Source: Candidatus Iainarchaeum sp. (GTDB lineage Archaea > Iainarchaeota > Iainarchaeia > Iainarchaeales > Iainarchaeaceae). Taken from it: a DNA stretch of 64,000 nt. This document shows, one piece after another, positions 19,483 to 29,230 of this stretch. The notes below the pieces were generated by a model that worked only from the letters and a program-made list of their open reading frames with translations, had not been told where the DNA came from and did no database searches. Location: NCBI GenBank assembly GCA_002687735.1, contig NZBD01000015.1:54499-118498 (forward strand). The letters run 5' to 3'. Position 1 is the stretch's first letter, and the number at the start of each line of letters is the position of its first letter. The position numbers and the translations under genes are program-made.

Positions 19483-19779
19483 TCAATTTTTGATTTTCCT
19501 TTCAAAACCACATTCTTTGCATTTTATTGTTTGCAAAGTTCCTGCTTTTATTATTTCAGAATTAGTTCTGTTCAGAAAAGCATTGCATTTTTTACAGTAT
19601 TTTGTTTTCAGTTCGCTTGGAAATCTTGCTCTGGTTTTTTTCCCGATTTCGATTGCTATTCCGATATATCTTTTGCTTCGCTCAGGATGCTTTTTCAGTT
19701 CTTGTTCAGCTAACTCAAACAACCGATAAATTCTTTCAAGACCGATTTGTTGCATTTGTGTGTGTTTCATATGATTCAT
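19483..19779 (-). CDS. rnp4: RNase P protein component 4 (Rpp21)
   Basis: ERIYRLF...RY...YCKKC...CKECG. Confidence 0.9.
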   Translation of the reverse strand: MNHMKHTQMQQIGLERIYRLFELAEQELKKHPERSKRYIGIAIEIGKKTRARFPSELKTKYCKKCNAFLNRTNSEIIKAGTLQTIKCKECGFERKIKN

Positions 19780-19830
19780 CTTTATTTTTAGAATGCGTGT
19801 AGGCAGAATACTTTAGAGTTTCATTATTTC

Positions 19831-20529
19831 TTATTTGTTTTGGTTTTCGTGCAATTCTTTAGAATCCTTGATCAGCTTCTTGAATAAAGAATATGTTTTT
19901 TCTGCATCCTTTTCATCCACTAAAAAATGCATATCAGGAGGACTTGTTATTACTTCTATGTTTATGCCTTTTTTTGCAAGTTTATTTGACATTTCAGCTA
20001 AAATACCATAAATTGCGAATGATTCAAAAGGCATCCTGAAACTCACAAGTGCATTATCTTCTATTGAATAAATTACCTCGTCTTTTAATTCTTCCAGAGT
20101 TTCATGAATCCTTTTTTTCTTTGTTATAACCATTATCTGATCTGCGCCCTGGATTAATACTCTCATTTCACCCATTTTCCAGTCTTCGCTTGAAAACAGT
20201 TTGTCTATTTTGTTAATTACTTCAGGTTTTTTTTTGAAATGCGCATAACACATGTTGTCCTGCAGCATTACTTCGGAATTTGCAAAAGTTTCAAGATAGG
20301 TAGGATCTGGTTCTGCGGGTTTCATTTCATCAGCATATCTTTTGATTGCAACTATTACTGATTCTTCATGAAGTTCTTTTTCTAATTTGATTTCAAGATC
20401 AGGAATAATTTTCCTTGCTAAAGCAGAATAGTTAATCACTCCGTCCACCAAAGAGTTTTTTATGTGGGGGTGTGATTCAATTTCCTTTCGTACAGAATCA
20501 GATAATGAGTGGCCTTTGTTCTTAAACAT
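19831..20529 (-). CDS. ACT-domain regulator with N-terminal HTH
   Basis: GVINYSALARKI...VAIKRY N-terminus; ACT-like GILAEMSNKLAKKGINI. Confidence 0.75.
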   Translation of the reverse strand: MFKNKGHSLSDSVRKEIESHPHIKNSLVDGVINYSALARKIIPDLEIKLEKELHEESVIVAIKRYADEMKPAEPDPTYLETFANSEVMLQDNMCYAHFKKKPEVINKIDKLFSSEDWKMGEMRVLIQGADQIMVITKKKRIHETLEELKDEVIYSIEDNALVSFRMPFESFAIYGILAEMSNKLAKKGINIEVITSPPDMHFLVDEKDAEKTYSLFKKLIKDSKELHENQNK

Positions 20530-21017
20530 ATAATAGTTTACTCTCAAAACATATAAAAATATTACCGATTTATTTATTTTTGTTAAATTTCAGTTATTTT
20601 AGCTTAAAAGTGTTAAATTTCTGGTTTTTGTGTTTTATTTTTGGCAGATTATAATTTTTGTTCCTTTTTTTTGGAAAAACCTCTTAAACTGCCAGAAATC
20701 CGGCAATACAGCCTTTTTCTGGTCGCCAGCTTTATTAATGAAAAAGGGAGCAATGTGAGTAGTGTTCTTTTATGATTGGTAAAAAATTAAAACAAAAAAG
20801 AAATTTTTCAGATGGGGAATTAAGAATTAATATTGAGGGAGAACCTTTTCCCGCCAGGGTCCGTAAGAGGAGGTAACCGAAAAACAGAATTACTCAGTTA
20901 GTTTAAAAGAAAATAAATACTTTTGGGGGTGTTTATGATGAAAAACCGGGGCTTCGGCCCCAACCATAAACCAAATCTAAAATCTAATTTTTTACGCCTT
21001 AACAAAAATAATTAGTA

Positions 21018-21089
21018 TGCAGCCACGGGGATTCGAACCCCGGCCAAGAGCTTGGAAGGCTCTGATCCTAACCGCTAGACGATGGCTGC
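21018..21089 (-). tRNA. tRNA-Gly(TCC)
   Basis: gcagcca...tggctgca cloverleaf, anticodon arm agagc-ctTCCaa-gctct, GGTTCGAATCC T-arm. Confidence 0.95.
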
Positions 21090-21971
21090 TTTGACATATT
21101 CTTTATGCGTTGGCACTTTTCTAGTTTCTTTAAAAATCTGGTATTTTATTGTGTGCTTAATATTGCTGGGTTTAATTAGTTTAAAAAAGGTATCCAATTG
21201 TTTCTGATCGTAAATATAAACACTTTTTCCGGACAAACTGGCCTTAAATCCAAGTGAAATCAATGCTTCTTTAATTTGATTAAGAAAATTTGGCGAACAG
21301 CTGATATATTCAACCACTCCGCTATTTTCCCTTTTTCTGTGGAAACTTCCGTCTGTATCAAAAAGTCCTCTAAGATAAGCACAGAGAAGTTTTTCGTTCT
21401 TTAAGATTACTTTTGGAATAAATGTTTTATTTTTTCTATTCCCAATTACAAATTTACATTTTTCTGAAAGAAATAAGACAAGTTCTTTGGAGTAAATCAA
21501 ACACCGAATTGCTCCATTTTTTGTTACAAATGTTGGCTCTAAACCAAATAACTTTTCAAATTTTTTACCAATAACGTTTACAACATAATCATAATCTACT
21601 ATAGCACTACACGTAATTGAGACACGGTTATTTTTACCATAAATGTTACCGTCGCCTGCCATTGCCCCTAGAAATTCTGCTAATCCTTCGTTCAATTCAG
21701 GTTGAGATATTTCTTTTTTCTGAAAATAATTTGATTTTACTATATTTAAAGTATACAATTTTTTCAAATCAAAGTCTGTTTCTATACCAAGAAAAATTAA
21801 TTTGTGAAACCGAATTTTACTGGTTTCTCTTAAATAGTGAAAAATCATCCTTCTTTTTACTTTCAAAATCTTCGCAATTTCGTTCCAATTTAAACCTGAC
21901 TTATTTTTTATTTCTCTTAAAATACTAGCTTGTTTTCCAGAGCCAATATCTACAAATAGAGTTTTTTCCAC
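21075..21971 (-). CDS. Free-standing LAGLIDADG (intein-type DOD) endonuclease-like protein with N-terminal HTH
   Basis: LAEFLGAMAGDG and AYLRGLFDTDGS motifs; no intein splicing ends. Confidence 0.88.
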   Translation of the reverse strand: MEKTLFVDIGSGKQASILREIKNKSGLNWNEIAKILKVKRRMIFHYLRETSKIRFHKLIFLGIETDFDLKKLYTLNIVKSNYFQKKEISQPELNEGLAEFLGAMAGDGNIYGKNNRVSITCSAIVDYDYVVNVIGKKFEKLFGLEPTFVTKNGAIRCLIYSKELVLFLSEKCKFVIGNRKNKTFIPKVILKNEKLLCAYLRGLFDTDGSFHRKRENSGVVEYISCSPNFLNQIKEALISLGFKASLSGKSVYIYDQKQLDTFFKLIKPSNIKHTIKYQIFKETRKVPTHKEYVKAAIV

Positions 21972-22017
21972 TAATATTTTTTCTAATTATTTGCTTTTAA
22001 ACACCCTGAAGCCCCTT

Positions 22018-22030
22018 GTTGCCGGTGCGA
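22018..22030 (-). promoter_or_regulatory. TCGCACCGGCAAC motif upstream of the LAGLIDADG gene
   Basis: Perfect copy 16 nt upstream of TTTAAAAG (21994-22001). Confidence 0.65.
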
Positions 22031-22068
22031 ACCGTTATTGATTAAAACAAAATGTTTCTTAATAGATT

Positions 22069-22701
22069 ATGCAAAAAGGTATTTTTGTTGTGTGGGAGGG
22101 AATTGATGGTTCCGGAAAAGGAACAGTTATTTCCGAAATCAAGAAATTTATTATAAAGAAAGGAATTCCGGAAAATCAAATCATAGTTACTGCCGAACCC
22201 ACTGGCGGCTTTTATGGAAAAAAAGTAAGGGAACTCCTTAACACACATGTAAATCCTGACGTTAATGCTCAGCAGTTTCTTGATCTTTATGTTGCTGATC
22301 GAGAAGAACATCTGAGGAAAGAAATAGTTCCTGCTCTGAAAGAAGGAAAAATAATTCTGTGTGACAGATTCAAGTACAGTACTTTTGTTTACCAATTGCT
22401 TCAAGGAATAGAGTTAGAAAAAATCAATGAACTCCATAGAGGGATGCTTATTCCTGATTTGGTTTTCATTTTAGATCTTCCAGTTGATGTTGCGTTACAA
22501 CGAATCGAGTCTGATTCAAAAAGATCAAAAAAAGAAGTTTTTGAAAAAAAAGAATTTTTGGAAAAAGTACGTCAGGGTTTTCTTTCATTAAAAGAAATTT
22601 TTCCTGATGAAAACATTCATATAGTTGATTCGTCCAAAAACATTAGCGAAGTAACAAAAGAAATAGGATATATTTTATGGGCGAAGATAAAGGATTTATA
22701 G
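22069..22701 (+). CDS. tmk: Thymidylate kinase
   Basis: EGIDGSGKGT, AEPTG, LCDRF..ST..YQ, PDL. Confidence 0.95.
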   Translation: MQKGIFVVWEGIDGSGKGTVISEIKKFIIKKGIPENQIIVTAEPTGGFYGKKVRELLNTHVNPDVNAQQFLDLYVADREEHLRKEIVPALKEGKIILCDRFKYSTFVYQLLQGIELEKINELHRGMLIPDLVFILDLPVDVALQRIESDSKRSKKEVFEKKEFLEKVRQGFLSLKEIFPDENIHIVDSSKNISEVTKEIGYILWAKIKDL

Positions 22702-23186
22702 AAAAGCATAAGCTTGCATTTTTGGCAGTTTCAGGAATAATAATTATAGGCCTGATTTTGCTAATTTTACTTATTATTGTAAGTGTTTTTCTTTTCTTTA
22801 ATTTTTCAAGTTCAGAAACATCTAATACAGGTCTTCCCAACAATTCTCCACTAATAGGTTCTCCAAATAATCCAACTTATAATTCAAACAATCCCGCTTT
22901 ACCAAAATTCGAGGGCTGGGATTCAATTTCAAAAAGTGTTGTTGAACAGGCTTGTTTGATAAAAGCAAAGGAGTTTGTAGGAGATCTTGCATGGGGAGTC
23001 AGTTCCTGTGCGTGCTCTGCTAGTGAATCAGATTCAATAAAATCCTATGGTTGTTCAGTTTCTGCTTTAGACGGACAACACCCGTTTATTGCTGAATGCG
23101 TAAGAGCTGATTCCATTTGCAACATTACTTCCGATCAAGGAGATATAAGTTTGACTTTTTCTGAATTAGAACAATTATCCGGTTAA
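22677..23186 (+). CDS. Membrane-anchored Cys-containing hypothetical protein
   Basis: N-terminal TM helix, Pro/Asn linker, six Cys. Confidence 0.65.
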   Translation: MGEDKGFIEKHKLAFLAVSGIIIIGLILLILLIIVSVFLFFNFSSSETSNTGLPNNSPLIGSPNNPTYNSNNPALPKFEGWDSISKSVVEQACLIKAKEFVGDLAWGVSSCACSASESDSIKSYGCSVSALDGQHPFIAECVRADSICNITSDQGDISLTFSELEQLSG

Positions 23187-23198
23187 TCTCATAGAGAG

Positions 23199-23270
23199 TG
23201 CGACCACCGGGAATCGAACCCGGGCCTGAGCCTTGGCAAGGCACAATCATAACCACTAGACCATGGTCGC
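23199..23270 (-). tRNA. tRNA-Gly(GCC)
   Basis: gcgacca...tggtcgca cloverleaf, anticodon loop ttGCCaa, GGTTCGATTCC. Confidence 0.94.
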
Positions 23271-23274
23271 AAGC

Positions 23275-23317
23275 TTTTCTTTTTCGTGAAAAAGAAAACC
23301 TTGACCAAAAGAAAAAG
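23275..23317. repeat. Inverted+mirror (triplex-capable) repeat, copy 1
   Basis: ttttctttttc-gt-gaaaaagaaaa-ccttgacc-aaaagaaaaag. Confidence 0.85.
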
Positions 23318-23384
23318 CCAAGTCTTTTTGCCAAAAAAGAAAAGTATTCTAAGAAGAATTCCCCTGCTAAACCTTTTTAAATTC

Positions 23385-25088
23385 TCATTTTTTGAGCAGG
23401 AGAATTGCCATTAAAAGAATGAATATTATTGTTCCACCCGCTACAATTGGAATTCCAGGATCTTCAAACCCAAAATCAGCGGCTAGTTGCTCATAAGACT
23501 TATTTTCTGGTTTTATTTCCTGAATGGTTATAGGTTCTTCTTTTTCAGGAATTGTTATTTCAAATATTTTTTCCTCTGGAATATTTATTTTCAATGTAAC
23601 TTTTCCCGGTCTGATATTTCTAACAACATAAGCAAGATTTCTTTCTTCAAATTCCTGTAAAATAATTTCGTTTTCCTCAACCTGATTTCCTTCGAATAAA
23701 ATTTCAACAAAAACAATCCCTTTTTTATTTCCAAGATTTTCTAAACTGATTTTCAATTCCAGATTATTCCCTGAAATAAAAGGACTCACATCCTTAACTC
23801 GTATATCCGAACCCACATCAGTATATTCTTTTGAAGGAATAACTTTTATTGAATCGCTTATGTTTCCGTCTGGAAGTAGTAAAATCAGACCATAAGTGTA
23901 GAAACCGCTTTCAAAATTTTCATTTGGTGCTCTTGCTTCCCAATTAATTGTTTTGGTTTCTTCCTTTTCAAAGAAAATCAGTTTTTTATTATTGTCAATG
24001 CTGAACTTATCATGTAACACAAGTTCAATCGGCATGATTGCTCTTTCTCCCGAAATATTTTTTATTTCTGCACTAATCTCAAAAATTTCTCCCGGAGGGA
24101 CCTGAGTTGGTATGTTCAGTTTAATATCAGTCAGATTTTCAAAAAATTCAACCGAATTTATTTCAACTTCAGGAAGATTAAGCTTTGTTGTCACTATTAT
24201 TGGTTCTCTGCTCCTTGTAATAGCAACCAAATCAATTGCCTTGTTTGCGTCTGTTGTTTTGGCAATAGTAAAATGAGCAGCATCTAAATAACCCGCTTCT
24301 CCATAAGTTGAATCAACACCAATCCACCCTGTTTTAGGAAGATAAACTTCTAACCACCCATGCAAACCAAACCTTTGACCGTCAAAGCTTATGCCTGTAA
24401 CATACTTTGTTGGTATTCCTTTTATTCTTGTAAAAGCCGCTGTTAAATTAGCGAATTCATCACAAACACCAGCTCTTGAATTGTAAGTGTCTTTTGCTGA
24501 GTAAACTCCAGCATAATAATTTTCAAAATCATATTCAATATTATTGTTCACCCATTCTGTTATTTCTCTTATTGTTTCTATTTGCGAAACTGAATCAAAT
24601 TCTAGTGAAGCTTTGCTTCTCAATTCCTGATCATTAACCTCTATGTAACCTGTCGCTTCCTTAAATTCAGCAAACTCTTCAATCATGTTTTCTAAGTTAT
24701 AATCTTCCCCAAGCCCTAATACAGATTCTCTTTTTACTCTGGCTTTTCTAACAACTTTGAACGTGTTTGTTTCTGCATAATTGTAAAGATCATCGATTTT
24801 GTATTGCGCATATTTCAATCCTTCTCTTTCAATATACTTAGGATCTATTCTTTTTTCCCCAAGTTCCATGTACTCTTCTAAACTAATAAGTTCCTGTTTT
24901 GGTTCTTCTTGCATTGAAAGAAAAAGTAATTCTAATTCATCCCCTCTTGTTATGATTCCAGAAAAGCCCCCCGTTGCTTCGGAGGTTATTGTTACATCCA
25001 TTGTTTTTACAGTTGATGGCCTGAACTCTAACGCAAAAGTACTTGAAGCAAATAGCACAAATAATACTAAAAAAAGTAATTTTTTCAT
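23385..25088 (-). CDS. Secreted, membrane-anchored transglutaminase-like protein
   Basis: Signal peptide, GVCDEFA / HGWLEVY / GWIGVDST catalytic triad, Ig-like region, C-terminal TM. Confidence 0.88.
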   Translation of the reverse strand: MKKLLFLVLFVLFASSTFALEFRPSTVKTMDVTITSEATGGFSGIITRGDELELLFLSMQEEPKQELISLEEYMELGEKRIDPKYIEREGLKYAQYKIDDLYNYAETNTFKVVRKARVKRESVLGLGEDYNLENMIEEFAEFKEATGYIEVNDQELRSKASLEFDSVSQIETIREITEWVNNNIEYDFENYYAGVYSAKDTYNSRAGVCDEFANLTAAFTRIKGIPTKYVTGISFDGQRFGLHGWLEVYLPKTGWIGVDSTYGEAGYLDAAHFTIAKTTDANKAIDLVAITRSREPIIVTTKLNLPEVEINSVEFFENLTDIKLNIPTQVPPGEIFEISAEIKNISGERAIMPIELVLHDKFSIDNNKKLIFFEKEETKTINWEARAPNENFESGFYTYGLILLLPDGNISDSIKVIPSKEYTDVGSDIRVKDVSPFISGNNLELKISLENLGNKKGIVFVEILFEGNQVEENEIILQEFEERNLAYVVRNIRPGKVTLKINIPEEKIFEITIPEKEEPITIQEIKPENKSYEQLAADFGFEDPGIPIVAGGTIIFILLMAILLLKK

Positions 25089-25148
25089 TGCAAGAATTAG
25101 TGCTTTAATCTATAAATGCTTTTTTAAATCCAAAGACAAAAGCCTAAT

Positions 25149-26036
25149 TCACATTGCCTCAAGTCTTTTGATCCTTTCAGGAATTGGAGGGTGAGTGGAG
25201 AACATTCCATCCATTAATCCTTTTCTGTTTTTCAAAGGGTTATCAATATACAAGTGAGCTGTTGCCTTATTTGCTGCCTCAAGAACTTCCTTATCTCCGG
25301 AGATTTTCTTTAATGCATTAGCAAGCCCATCAGGATTTCTTGTTAATTGAGCAGCACTAGCATCAGCCAAATATTCTCTTTGTCTTGAAATAGCAAATTT
25401 TATCATCATTGCAACAATAGGAGTTAAAATCGCTAAAACAATTCCCCCAACTAATAAAACAATCTGCATCTGTCCGCTTCCTCTATTATCATGCCTTCCC
25501 CACAAAACACTCCTCAAAAGAATATCACTAAGCAATGCACTCAAACCCACAAAGACAACTATCAACATCATAAGCCTAATATCATAATTTTTTATATGGC
25601 TCATCTCATGAGCTATTACTCCTTCAAGTTCCTCGCGATTTAGTTTTTGTAAAATTCCCGTAGTAACAACAATAACCCCATGTTCCGGATTCCTTCCTGT
25701 TGCAAACGCATTCAAAGCAGTATCATTAATCACATATGCTTTTGGTTTTGGGATTCCTGCCGCTAATGCAAGCCCTTCAATTAAGTGAAATAAATAAGGC
25801 TGATCCTGTTTCTTTAATTCCTTTGCACCGGAAATGCTAAGAACAACTTTATCCCCGTAAAAATAATTAAACCCCACAAAAATTACCAGAAAAATTATTC
25901 CAAGAATTATCCCTATCGGTCCTCCCCCAGAGAACCAAACTTCTCCAAGCACCCAGGATAAAAGTGTTATAAAAATAGAAAATCCAATAACAAGAAAAAT
26001 TGTGTTTCTTTTGTTTTCAGATATTTGTTCATACAA
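25149..26036 (-). CDS. htpX: Zinc metalloprotease HtpX
   Basis: NAFATG, AHEMSH, SRQREYLAD, FSTHPP. Confidence 0.95.
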   Translation of the reverse strand: MYEQISENKRNTIFLVIGFSIFITLLSWVLGEVWFSGGGPIGIILGIIFLVIFVGFNYFYGDKVVLSISGAKELKKQDQPYLFHLIEGLALAAGIPKPKAYVINDTALNAFATGRNPEHGVIVVTTGILQKLNREELEGVIAHEMSHIKNYDIRLMMLIVVFVGLSALLSDILLRSVLWGRHDNRGSGQMQIVLLVGGIVLAILTPIVAMMIKFAISRQREYLADASAAQLTRNPDGLANALKKISGDKEVLEAANKATAHLYIDNPLKNRKGLMDGMFSTHPPIPERIKRLEAM

Positions 26037-26073
26037 TTAAATTCCCCCAAAAAAGAAATTAAAGTGAAAGCAA

Positions 26074-26637
26074 TTAATCAAATTTTACTTTCACTGGTTC
26101 TTTTGCAGCTTCTTCTATTTCAAAATAATCTCTTTTTCCAAAACTGAACAATGAAGCTATAATGTTGCTCGGCAAAGTTTCTCTTTTAGTGTTGTATTTC
26201 AGAACCTCGTCATTGTAAAACTGTCTAGTATACGCAATTTTTGATTCGATTCCTGCTAGTTCTTCCTGAAGCATTAGAAAATTTTTATTTGCTTTCAAAT
26301 CAGGGTAAGCTTCTGAAACAGCAAACAAAGATTTTAATGTGCTTGACAAAAAGTTTTCTGCTTCTGCCTGTGCCTTCACTCCTTTTGCTTTTGTTATTGC
26401 TGCTCTTGCTTCTGTGACCTGTTGGAAAGTACTCTTTTCATGTTTAGCATAACCTTTTACTGTTTCAACAAGGTTAGGAACTAAATCAAACCTTCTTTTT
26501 AGCTGTACATCTATCTGACTCCAAGCATTATCAATTCTGTTTTTTAACTGAACAAAACCATTGTATGCAAAAACAAACCAGATAGCGCCAATTATGCCTG
26601 CGATTACGATTGCTCCTCCAATTAATTCTAAAACCAT
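26074..26637 (-). CDS. lemA: LemA family protein
   Basis: [28 protein letters not shown]. Confidence 0.95.
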   Translation of the reverse strand: MVLELIGGAIVIAGIIGAIWFVFAYNGFVQLKNRIDNAWSQIDVQLKRRFDLVPNLVETVKGYAKHEKSTFQQVTEARAAITKAKGVKAQAEAENFLSSTLKSLFAVSEAYPDLKANKNFLMLQEELAGIESKIAYTRQFYNDEVLKYNTKRETLPSNIIASLFSFGKRDYFEIEEAAKEPVKVKFD

Positions 26638-26705
26638 AAATGAAAACCTCCAACAAAATTGGTTCAAAAGTTTATAAATAGCTTAGCATACGAAAAAATT
26701 AAGAG

Positions 26706-26861
26706 TGGGCCAGGGAGGACCCAAACGCCGTCTGCTCACGGCGGTAGAGCGTCCACCTTCGGTAGGACTAAACTTATGTCCTGCTGCGACCGACGGGAGT
26801 GCAGGACGGCCGTTTGCGGTACTCACGGTCGCAAACGTGATGGGCCAGGGAGGACTCGAAC
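26706..26861. repeat. GC-rich hairpin insert flanked by a ~21-bp duplication of the tRNA-Val 3' end
   Basis: 26706-26726 tgggccagggaggacccaaac vs 26841-26861 tgggccagggaggactcgaac; four stem-loops between. Confidence 0.85.
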
Positions 26862-26913
26862 CTCCGATCCTCTCCGTGTAAAGGAGATGTCATAGCCACT
26901 AGACCACAAGCCC
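26841..26913 (-). tRNA. tRNA-Val(TAC)
   Basis: gggcttg...ctggccca cloverleaf, anticodon arm tctcc-ttTACac-ggaga. Confidence 0.95.
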
Positions 26914-26916
26914 GAC

Positions 26917-26966
26917 CTTTTTCTTTCTTTGAAAAGAAAGAAAAAGCTCGACCAAAAAGAAAGAAA
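26917..26966. repeat. Inverted+mirror (triplex-capable) repeat, copy 2
   Basis: ctttttctttcttt-ga-aaagaaagaaaaa-gctcgacc-aaaaagaaagaaa. Confidence 0.85.
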
Positions 26967-27018
26967 CTTTTTGGCATTATACTTAAAACCCTTTGAAAAC
27001 TATTAAAAAGCTTCCAAT

Positions 27019-27276
27019 TCATTTGTTGAAAAATTTTTCTATATAATCAGATTTGCTTAGTACAAATATTATCCTTTTTGCCCTTACAAATACGAATGCG
27101 GAAGCAATTAGGGCTAGTAGTGCGCTGACATACCGTAAAAATGCCTCAAAACTATCGCCTTGGATTATTTGGATTGTAAACCCTTCAACAAATGCAGCTA
27201 TGAATAATCCCACGGCTATTATGGTCATTGCTGAAAAGAATAATAATTCAAAAAGATTCTTTGTTAACAATTTCAT
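27019..27276 (-). CDS. Small membrane protein
   Basis: Two TM helices. Confidence 0.6.
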   Translation of the reverse strand: MKLLTKNLFELLFFSAMTIIAVGLFIAAFVEGFTIQIIQGDSFEAFLRYVSALLALIASAFVFVRAKRIIFVLSKSDYIEKFFNK

Positions 27277-27382
27277 TATATCTCCTATAAATTTTCAAAT
27301 ATAATAACTTAATTGTTTGGTTCTTTTGCTTTTGGGGGAACGTTTATATATAAATTAATTGTATTAATTTCAGGTGTAATTT

Positions 27383-27835
27383 ATGAGAAGACTTATCTAT
27401 CTGAAAATTGCAGGAAGAGATGTACATTTACCTAAACTTATAGGTTCTTTCATTATTTTTGCTGCGTTTTTGTTATTTGTTCAGGCTTCAGCTTCAATGT
27501 TTGATTCTTGGGATTCAGCTAAGGAAGTTGATAGGTGTTTACAATTAGCCGCTGCTAATGAAGCCAGAGTAGAGCCTGATGAAAGTATTTACCCTGAATG
27601 CAGGGAAATGGCCAAGGACTTTTTAGGAATCCCGGTTAGGTCTGATCAGGATGGTTTAAGTCTAAGACAATTTTGGGGTTCTTTGTTGGGTCCGATAGCT
27701 TCAGTATTAATTTGGTTAGCTTTGTTATTTGTTGGTTTAATTCTTTACAGAAGCGGAGAACTTGTTCTCCCTATTGATGAAACAATCAGGGAAATTCCTG
27801 ATGTAAAAAGAAGTTTCAAAAAAAGAAAGAAATAA
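27383..27835 (+). CDS. Two-TM hypothetical protein
   Basis: AGGTG SD, two TM helices with a Cys pair in the loop. Confidence 0.7.
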   Translation: MRRLIYLKIAGRDVHLPKLIGSFIIFAAFLLFVQASASMFDSWDSAKEVDRCLQLAAANEARVEPDESIYPECREMAKDFLGIPVRSDQDGLSLRQFWGSLLGPIASVLIWLALLFVGLILYRSGELVLPIDETIREIPDVKRSFKKRKK

Positions 27836-27870
27836 GTTCTGTTTTTAAAAAAAGAAAATTTTGACAACAA

Positions 27871-29202
27871 CTACAATGCTGTTGCCCTTACTTTATCGTT
27901 GCTTTCTACCTTTCCTTTCTTTGCACCGATAATAAATTTGGTTTCTGCTTTTTCTGCAGCAGTCATAAGTCTTTTGGTTATTACTCCGTCAAAGATTATT
28001 GCATTTACTTTTTTCTTGGTTTTTCCAAGTTCTGTTACAAGGTCTTTAACTTTAACCTCTTTGACCGTTACATTTTTTTCATCAAGCATTTTTGCTTTCA
28101 TTGAACCTTTTAGTTTATCAAGAATTGGTTTGAATGTTTCTGTTTCTTCTTTGGTTAAAACAGAAATAAACCTAGGTCTTCTTGTTTCCCGTGGTTCTCC
28201 TGAATCCATTGGTCTTCTTGCGGGTCTCCGGTCAGTTCTATCACTTCTTTCATTCCTGCCAAAGTTATTCCTAGGGCCTCTGCTCATAGGTCTCCGGTCA
28301 CCAGTCATTGGTCTTGCTCTTTGAGGTCTGTCCCTGTAATTGTTTTCTCGTGAATAACTGGTTTGTTGAGGTCTTTTTTCTCCAAGTTCTTCACTTGTTT
28401 CTACTTTCCTTTTTAATGATTGGAGAATTTCTTTTCTTGTTAGTTCCTCAACTTCTTTCCCATCAGGAGCTTTTGCAATGTAAGCTACCTTTGCAATTTG
28501 TGCAAGTTTTCTTGCGTTTAAGATTCCGCCCCTATCTCCGTCAATGAACACAGTTATTTCTTTGGTTTTACTTAGTTCACTTATTGTCGGAGGGATATTA
28601 GAACCATTCATTCCTATTACATTTTTTATCTGATTTCTAAGCATGTTAATGACATCTGCTCTTCCTTCAACAACTATAATATCTTTACTTGTGTCAATAT
28701 CCGGGCCTGCGGGTAATTTATCCGGACCGTAACTTGATATATCTGATGCCCTTACTTTTTCTCTTAATTCATCCCCAAGCATTTGAGTATCAGGTTTTGA
28801 CTGATCCATCATTTTTTTCAAAAGTTCCTGAGCTCTGTTTTTGATCTCATCTCTTTTGTTTGTTCTGGTATCTTCCATGCTGACTATTTCAAATGATGCC
28901 TCGCTTGGACCTACTTTATCAACACTTTCAATTCCTGCTGCCAATAAACTTGTTTCTGCCATATCCATTGAGGATGGAACCAGTACTTCTCCTTTAGTTC
29001 TTCCCATTGCAGTTTTGTGGTCAATTTCTATTCTTCCAAGCTTTCCGTTTTTCTGAAGCTCTTTAAGATCCATTTCGTCTCCGAGTAAACCTTCACTTTG
29101 TCCGAAAATTGCACCAATTATATCTGGTTTGTCAACTATTCCGTCAATTTCAAATTTTAATTTGATAACGTATTTAACTGTGTTTACGTATGTTTTTGCC
29201 AT
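27871..29202 (-). CDS. dnaG: Archaeal DnaG-like TOPRIM protein (exosome-associated)
   Basis: GAIFGQSEGLLG, VVEGRADV, DGDRGG. Confidence 0.95.
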   Translation of the reverse strand: MAKTYVNTVKYVIKLKFEIDGIVDKPDIIGAIFGQSEGLLGDEMDLKELQKNGKLGRIEIDHKTAMGRTKGEVLVPSSMDMAETSLLAAGIESVDKVGPSEASFEIVSMEDTRTNKRDEIKNRAQELLKKMMDQSKPDTQMLGDELREKVRASDISSYGPDKLPAGPDIDTSKDIIVVEGRADVINMLRNQIKNVIGMNGSNIPPTISELSKTKEITVFIDGDRGGILNARKLAQIAKVAYIAKAPDGKEVEELTRKEILQSLKRKVETSEELGEKRPQQTSYSRENNYRDRPQRARPMTGDRRPMSRGPRNNFGRNERSDRTDRRPARRPMDSGEPRETRRPRFISVLTKEETETFKPILDKLKGSMKAKMLDEKNVTVKEVKVKDLVTELGKTKKKVNAIIFDGVITKRLMTAAEKAETKFIIGAKKGKVESNDKVRATAL

Positions 29203-29230
29203 TTAATCATCTCCTTTGTTTCACTTAGAA

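Noticed and set aside
15345-19802. Many plus-strand ORFs opposite ftsY and the ribosomal protein genes (and similar ones across the window)
   Set aside because: Phe/Ser/Leu-rich antisense shadows of Lys/Glu-rich genes
20699-20708. tccggcaata partial motif
   Set aside because: Only the 3' half matches and the spacing to a TATA-like sequence is off
21075-21971. Intein- or intron-encoded endonuclease
   Set aside because: No N-terminal Cys/Ser or C-terminal His-Asn splicing motifs, no interrupted host gene, and the tRNA is contiguous
26659-27022. ORFs 26659-26895 and 26774-27022 (likewise 23125-23380)
   Set aside because: They overlap tRNA genes and structured repeats and have no protein-like features
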